In this document: positions 58,938 through 63,334 of the stretch, one piece after another
How positions within the stretch are numbered: position 1 is the stretch's first letter
Layout: every line of letters begins with the position of its first letter
Source of the DNA: a virus
Lineage: Duplodnaviria; Caudoviricetes
Direction: 5' to 3' (one strand)
DNA: 63,334 nucleotides
IMG/VR virus record: IMGVR_UViG_3300020393_000006
Span: 1 to 63,334 of that record
The notes under the pieces: model-generated
What the model saw: the letters and a program-made list of their open reading frames with translations, nothing else
Databases searched by the model: none
Told to the model about the DNA's origin: nothing
Translations under genes and position numbers: made by a program

Positions 58938-59279
58938 ATGGATTTTGAATACTCACCATGGCCTGATATGAATAGCTTCCTTGATTTTTTGGAAGTAGAC
59001 ATGGAAGAGCCTACTCCTGAGCTGGATATGTCCGGCGCAATTGGGAGCGTTATGGAAGAGTTTTCATCTGATGCTAATATCTCAGCTATGGCTGGGACAG
59101 CTCCGGCTGTCCCAGTTGTGCCTGAGACTCAACCCCAGCCTGAAGTTGTATCAACTACAGCTCCAATGGCACCTAAGCCATTGGCTGGGGCGGGAGCTCC
59201 AGATGGGCTTTCACAATTAACACAAACGGGGCAACCAGCTGCAGAAGATTCTAGAGCTGATTCGCTTTTCGGAGAATAA
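58938..59279 (+). CDS. Acidic, Pro/Ala-rich hypothetical protein
   Basis: AAGGA RBS. Confidence 0.65.
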   Translation: MDFEYSPWPDMNSFLDFLEVDMEEPTPELDMSGAIGSVMEEFSSDANISAMAGTAPAVPVVPETQPQPEVVSTTAPMAPKPLAGAGAPDGLSQLTQTGQPAAEDSRADSLFGE

Positions 59280-59280
59280 A

Positions 59281-60384
59281 ATGATGACGATTTATATTGG
59301 AGCAACTCCCAATGAAGCGAGGCTACAATCTGGTGGATTTAGAGATATTTCTCCACAAAATAAAAAGAAATTAAGAGATGGACAAAGACTAGCTAAAACA
59401 ATTCCCGGTATTTTAAAAAAGTTTGAAGTCAAAGAAACTCCTGATGGAAGTGGTGAATTTTACGTAAGGTATAATAAGGATACCTTTGGCGGAAGATTTA
59501 CTAATAAGTATACTGCTTTTGGTTCTGTAATGGGAACATACTTACGTAGAGGCGGAACATCTGCTATTAAGGATATTGAAGACGATTTAAAACTGTGGAC
59601 TCCATTTACGTCTTCTATATATAATACGTCTGCAAACTTTGGAGCTAGTGGTCCTCCGCTAGTTGGTTGGTGGAACTCTCAAAATAAAACGGTAAATGCA
59701 AGTAATGATGTTACGTCATTAACTGATTTGTCAGGTAATGGAAACAATATGGGAGCCATGCCTACAACTAGTTTTCCAAGCACAACAGGTGCAAGCACTT
59801 TAAATGGCATTCAAGGTATTAGGTTTACTTCTGGTGAAGCTATGAAAACTTCCGGTAATGTGGGAGATATTGATGCCCAACAGTTTGAAATGATTGTAGT
59901 TGTCAAGGGTGAAACTGCTATGATGGGTTCAGGTATTGAATACGCTTTAGGTTGGGGAACAACTACTGACGGCCATGCTGTTGGTTATTTTGATGTATCT
60001 AATTTTGGTCTTCACGTTTATTATCATAAGTCTGGTTCAACTCAGCAGACTCAAAATGTAAGTGTTGCATCGAGTACCTTAGAAAGCTCAGCAGCTATTC
60101 TTGGCATGGGTAAAAAAAGTTCTTCAGTAGCTAGACTAATGTTAAATGGTACTGAAATCAAACAATTTGGCTATGACAACGATACAGCTAATAATCCAGT
60201 TTATCTTGGAACTCGTGCTGCTGTTGCTCCCACTTTAAATGCAACCATTTATGAAGCTATTTGTTTTATAAATAGTTCAGATGATGATAGACAAAAAGCA
60301 GAGGGATATTTGGCTCATAAGTATGGAGTTCAAGCAAACCTTCCTTCTGACCATCCTTATAAAACAAATGCGCCAACGGCATGA
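59281..60384 (+). CDS. LamG/concanavalin-like domain protein (possible virion decoration)
   Basis: GWW…V..L.DLSGNGN; IYEAI; QKAEGYLAHKYG…LPSDHPYK. Confidence 0.65.
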   Translation: MMTIYIGATPNEARLQSGGFRDISPQNKKKLRDGQRLAKTIPGILKKFEVKETPDGSGEFYVRYNKDTFGGRFTNKYTAFGSVMGTYLRRGGTSAIKDIEDDLKLWTPFTSSIYNTSANFGASGPPLVGWWNSQNKTVNASNDVTSLTDLSGNGNNMGAMPTTSFPSTTGASTLNGIQGIRFTSGEAMKTSGNVGDIDAQQFEMIVVVKGETAMMGSGIEYALGWGTTTDGHAVGYFDVSNFGLHVYYHKSGSTQQTQNVSVASSTLESSAAILGMGKKSSSVARLMLNGTEIKQFGYDNDTANNPVYLGTRAAVAPTLNATIYEAICFINSSDDDRQKAEGYLAHKYGVQANLPSDHPYKTNAPTA

Positions 60385-60830
60385 CTGATTGTCCTAAATG
60401 CAGAGAACGAGATAGTAAAGCAGCTAATTCTTGCGAAACAAAGTATAAAGCTCTTGAAGCTAAATACCAAAAGCTTGTAATTACCTTTGCTATTATTTCG
60501 GGGGTTATTGGAAAAGAAATTGTAGACAAAGCTGTAAATTTACTTACACCTGTTGAAAAAGTTATTTCTCCTGTTTCTAAATCTACGGAGTTAGACACAG
60601 GGTCTTCTGGTAGTTTGGGATTTGCCCGAACCTATCCAAGAATTTATACAGCATCTAATTCAGTTTTGTTTGCTGAGGTTCCTCCGCTTTTGCCGGATTT
60701 AGGATTTTACAATCCTTTAAATCCACTTCCTGATTTATATGAGGATTATATTATCCTTCCAGAGATAGGTATGTCTCCTCTTGTAGGAGCCTTGCCTTTT
60801 TTAAGAAAGAGTAGAAAACGAGATGGGTAA
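60381..60830 (+). CDS. Protein with a PEP-CTERM-like C-terminus
   Basis: ILPEIG, hydrophobic stretch, then RKSRKR. Confidence 0.5.
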   Translation: MTDCPKCRERDSKAANSCETKYKALEAKYQKLVITFAIISGVIGKEIVDKAVNLLTPVEKVISPVSKSTELDTGSSGSLGFARTYPRIYTASNSVLFAEVPPLLPDLGFYNPLNPLPDLYEDYIILPEIGMSPLVGALPFLRKSRKRDG

Positions 60831-60984
60831 GAAAGATGCCTGTTATCATAAAGTAAAGTCACGCTACTCTGTCTGGCCTAGCGCCTATGCTTCTGGTGCG
60901 CTCGTTAAATGTCGTAAGGTTGGCGCAGCCAACTGGGGCAAGGGCGGAAAGAAGAAGGTGAAGGGACGAAAGAAACGTGGCTAA
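60823..60984 (+). CDS. 53-aa basic protein
   Basis: KDACYHKVKSRYSVWPSAYASGALVKCRK, a motif I recognise from marine phages; below the ORF-track cutoff. Confidence 0.7.
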   Translation: MGKKDACYHKVKSRYSVWPSAYASGALVKCRKVGAANWGKGGKKKVKGRKKRG

Positions 60985-61210
60985 TTTTGACAAAGAAAAA
61001 AAGCAGGGCTTGCATGGTTGGTTTTCCCGCAATCGCGGAAAGGGTTGGATTGACTGTAAGACTGGCAAACCTTGCGGGCGCAAGTCTGCTAAGGGTGGAA
61101 GTAAACGTCCTTATCCGGCGTGTCGACCAACTAAAGCTATGTGCACTGCTGCAAAGAAAAAGAAAAAGGGTCCAGCTCGAATCTCTTGGAAAAAGGGAGC
61201 TAAAAAGTGA
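60977..61210 (+). CDS. Small basic Cys-containing protein
   Basis: GLHGWF…WIDCKTGKPCGR…YPACRP. Confidence 0.7.
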   Translation: MANFDKEKKQGLHGWFSRNRGKGWIDCKTGKPCGRKSAKGGSKRPYPACRPTKAMCTAAKKKKKGPARISWKKGAKK

Positions 61211-61581
61211 AGCGTAGAGATCCAGCTAAAGGTACAGGCAAAAAGCCAAAGGGTTCTGGCCGTAGATTATATACTGACGAAAATCCTAAGGATACTGTAC
61301 CAGTTAAGTTTAGTAGCGTGAGTGACGTTAAAAGAACACTAGGTCAAGCTAGTTTTAAGTCTAAGTCTCACAAAAGACAATCTCAAATTATTAATCTTAT
61401 TGAACAACGCTCAAGAGTTGCTAAAGCTAGAACAAAAGATCCAGCCAAGAAACGAAGTTTAACTGCTGCTCATTCTTATATTTCTAAAAAGAAAGAAGCA
61501 AGTAAACGCAAAACCCAACTCATGAGAAAAAACAAAAAGAGTCCAGCTCGGGTCTCTTGGAAAAAGGGAGCTAAAAAATGA
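61170..61581 (+). repeat. ~40-bp direct repeat encoding near-identical C-termini (PAR[I/V]SWKKGAKK)
   Basis: 61170-61210 vs 61541-61581. Confidence 0.85.
61207..61581 (+). CDS. Small basic protein
   Basis: GTGKKPKGSGRRLYTDENPKDTV. Confidence 0.7.
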   Translation: MKRRDPAKGTGKKPKGSGRRLYTDENPKDTVPVKFSSVSDVKRTLGQASFKSKSHKRQSQIINLIEQRSRVAKARTKDPAKKRSLTAAHSYISKKKEASKRKTQLMRKNKKSPARVSWKKGAKK

Positions 61582-61724
61582 AAAGAAAAGTTAAAGCAAA
61601 AAAGAAATTTAAACCACATCCAATGTATGACAAAAATGGTAAAATGGTTTTTGCTAAAACATTCGATGAACATATAGCTCTTGGGAAGAAAGGATATGGG
61701 CATACAAAGCCTAAGGGTAAATAA
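61578..61724 (+). CDS. 48-aa basic protein
   Basis: ATGA/TAATG coupling; FKPHPMYD…KGYGH. Confidence 0.65.
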   Translation: MKRKVKAKKKFKPHPMYDKNGKMVFAKTFDEHIALGKKGYGHTKPKGK

Positions 61725-62014
61725 TGGCTTCTAAGAAAGACATGCCCTGTAACCGAGTACGACCTTCAACCGCAAAGGGCAAAAAGAAAATGGTCAAAGC
61801 CTGTGCCAATGGTCAGGAAAAGATTGTTCATTTTGGTGCTAAAGGTTACGGACATAACTATTCAGCTGCTGCACGCAAGAGTTTTAAAGCTCGACACAAA
61901 TGCAGCTCTGCAACTAACAAATTATCAGCCCGCTATTGGGCTTGCAAACATCTCTGGAAAGGCAAAGGCGGCTCGACTGCTTCATCTCCTAGAGGTAGAA
62001 AAGGTAAGTATTAA
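61724..62014 (+). CDS. Small basic protein
   Basis: KIVHFG…RKSFKARHKC…ARYWACKHLW. Confidence 0.75.
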   Translation: MASKKDMPCNRVRPSTAKGKKKMVKACANGQEKIVHFGAKGYGHNYSAAARKSFKARHKCSSATNKLSARYWACKHLWKGKGGSTASSPRGRKGKY

Positions 62015-62127
62015 TGAAACATGCTAAAGCTGGAATGAAATCATCAAAGTCTATGGCCACTAAGTCTGGTAAAAAGATGGTTAAGACTAAGAAGAAGAAG
62101 AAACCCGGAAAGACTGGGGGTTATTAA
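62014..62127 (+). CDS. 37-aa Lys-rich protein
   Basis: TAATG coupling on both sides. Confidence 0.55.
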   Translation: MKHAKAGMKSSKSMATKSGKKMVKTKKKKKPGKTGGY

Positions 62128-62288
62128 TGCATTATAACCCCGGTTCGAGTCCAATGCGTCCCCCTACAGGGGGGCCTAAGCCCCAAGTGCGTACATATCC
62201 GTGCGCATGTGGGCGGACTACCACTATTCAATACCCTACAACGCCTATGATGCCTAAAGGTATGCCTAAATCAGGAAAGAAATCATGA
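62127..62288 (+). CDS. 53-aa Pro-rich basic protein
   Basis: TAATG/ATGA coupling. Confidence 0.5.
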   Translation: MHYNPGSSPMRPPTGGPKPQVRTYPCACGRTTTIQYPTTPMMPKGMPKSGKKS

Positions 62289-62491
62289 CATTTAACGATA
62301 TTCTTCCGATTATTAACGTGTTTGGTGTTATTGCAGGTGCCGTGTGGAGTGTTGCTAAGATCTCTTCAGCAATCACCTTGTTAAATTCATCTGTAGGACG
62401 GCTTGAAGACGCTGTTGAGAAGATGAATAACAAATTAGACGAGCATGAAAACCGCCTTTCACACTTAGAGGGCGGCACACGTGGCAGCTAA
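62285..62491 (+). CDS. Small protein with TM segment plus coiled coil
   Basis: N-terminal hydrophobic helix; LDEHENRLSHLE. Confidence 0.65.
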   Translation: MTFNDILPIINVFGVIAGAVWSVAKISSAITLLNSSVGRLEDAVEKMNNKLDEHENRLSHLEGGTRGS

Positions 62492-62759
62492 ACGTAAGGT
62501 TAAGGTCCGAAAGACTGCAAAGTACTACCGGAATAACCCCGATGCCCGACAAAAGAAAGCTGCTTACGATACTGAATATCATTCTACTCCACAACGAAAA
62601 AAGTATCGGCGTAAGTTGGCCAAGGCCCGCCGAAAGGCAGGGATTATGGGCAAAGGTGGCAAGGATATGTCTCATACTAAAAGGGGCAAGCTTGTTATCG
62701 AAGACAGATCTAAGAACCGCGCTCGTCAAGGAGCAGGCGGTAAACCTAAAAGGAAATAA
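62481..62759 (+). CDS. Basic protein with a degenerate HNH-like motif
   Basis: GKDMSH…NRAR. Confidence 0.6.
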   Translation: MAAKRKVKVRKTAKYYRNNPDARQKKAAYDTEYHSTPQRKKYRRKLAKARRKAGIMGKGGKDMSHTKRGKLVIEDRSKNRARQGAGGKPKRK

Positions 62760-62762
62760 GCT

Positions 62763-63020
62763 ATGGGAGCACCTGCAATGATTGGCTATGCCCTCGGCAA
62801 ACGCAAGGGCAAAAAAAGAGCTATGAAAGGTATGGGTATGAAGCGTCCTACTAAACGAGCTTTAGATGCGCAGCGGCGTATGGCTATGCAAGAAGAAACT
62901 AAAGCTAAGTTTAGCAAGATGGCTCAAGAAACTGAAAAAGTTCCTTATTCTGGATTTAATAATAGAATGAGTACCATGATGCGGACGATAATGAAACGAC
63001 GCATGCAAGGAATGATGTAA
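62763..63020 (+). CDS. Basic Met-rich hypothetical protein
   Basis: AAGGA RBS. Confidence 0.65.
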   Translation: MGAPAMIGYALGKRKGKKRAMKGMGMKRPTKRALDAQRRMAMQEETKAKFSKMAQETEKVPYSGFNNRMSTMMRTIMKRRMQGMM

Positions 63021-63039
63021 CATTCTTTAGTAACCCCTA

Positions 63040-63096
63040 GCCCAGACCAGAGATTCCATTATGACGAATTTGTTGTAAGTAGTCTCTGGTCTGGGC
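63040..63096. repeat. 14-bp perfect inverted repeat (long hairpin) at the end of the late region
   Basis: GCCCAGACCAGAGA (63040-63053) / TCTCTGGTCTGGGC (63083-63096). Confidence 0.85.
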
Positions 63097-63280
63097 GAGT
63101 GGGGTAAAATGGGGTCGTGTATTCAAAGCATACACTCCGCTTACGCTTCGCCTAACAGCCCCCGGTACCCCCCGCACGCGGGTCCCCCCGGCTTGGCCCA
63201 TGCCTCTGGCATGTGCCGTTCCTTTTCGATGTGTCATTCTGTCCTGTCCTACGTTGGGGCGGGAGGATGATTGCAAACCA

Positions 63281-63334
63281 CAGGACACCCACGGGTGTAC
63301 CTGCTTTTATCGATCTTGAAAGGATCACTATCAT
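63281..63334 (+). promoter_or_regulatory. Variant array module leading into ORF 5..193 across the circular junction
   Basis: CAGG-ACACCC/GGGTGT-CCTG hairpin, 8-nt spacer, GAT at 63312, then GAAAGGATCACTATCAT. Confidence 0.7.

Noticed and set aside
1-63334. Prophage or lysogeny module, introns, inteins
   Set aside because: No integrase, repressor or host genes recognised; DNA polymerase, RNR, helicase and TerL are uninterrupted and of ordinary length

Overview
The window looks like a complete, circularly assembled ~63.3 kb lytic podovirus genome. Every credible gene is on the + strand, and the last 6 nt overlap the first 6 nt. The core is T7-like: full-length single-subunit RNA polymerase, SSB, RusA-like resolvase, primase-helicase, family A DNA polymerase, exonuclease, dUTPase, class II RNR, portal, scaffold, capsid, tail tubes and fibres, and terminase. 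The unusual part is the transcription system. The genome encodes three T7-family RNA polymerase-like proteins: a compact ~663-aa enzyme in a GC-rich left arm, a full-length ~823-aa enzyme, and an RNAP domain inside a 4245-aa probable virion protein that also has an HExxH metallopeptidase motif. The left arm (63280-63334 joined to 1-5981) is an array of ~13 modular units. Each unit has a GC hairpin, a GGCTCC-N5-GAT motif at fixed spacing, a covarying second hairpin and usually an AGAAAGGA RBS. Most units lead into one gene, one into two genes, two contain structured sequence with no ORF, and the last ends the array. A separate T7-type promoter motif occurs three times. Together this suggests an N4-like polymerase cascade on a T7-like chassis (inference). 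Dockerin-like, EF-hand and PEP-CTERM-like motifs hint at a Planctomycetota/PVC host. All calls come from motif recognition by eye; no searches were run.
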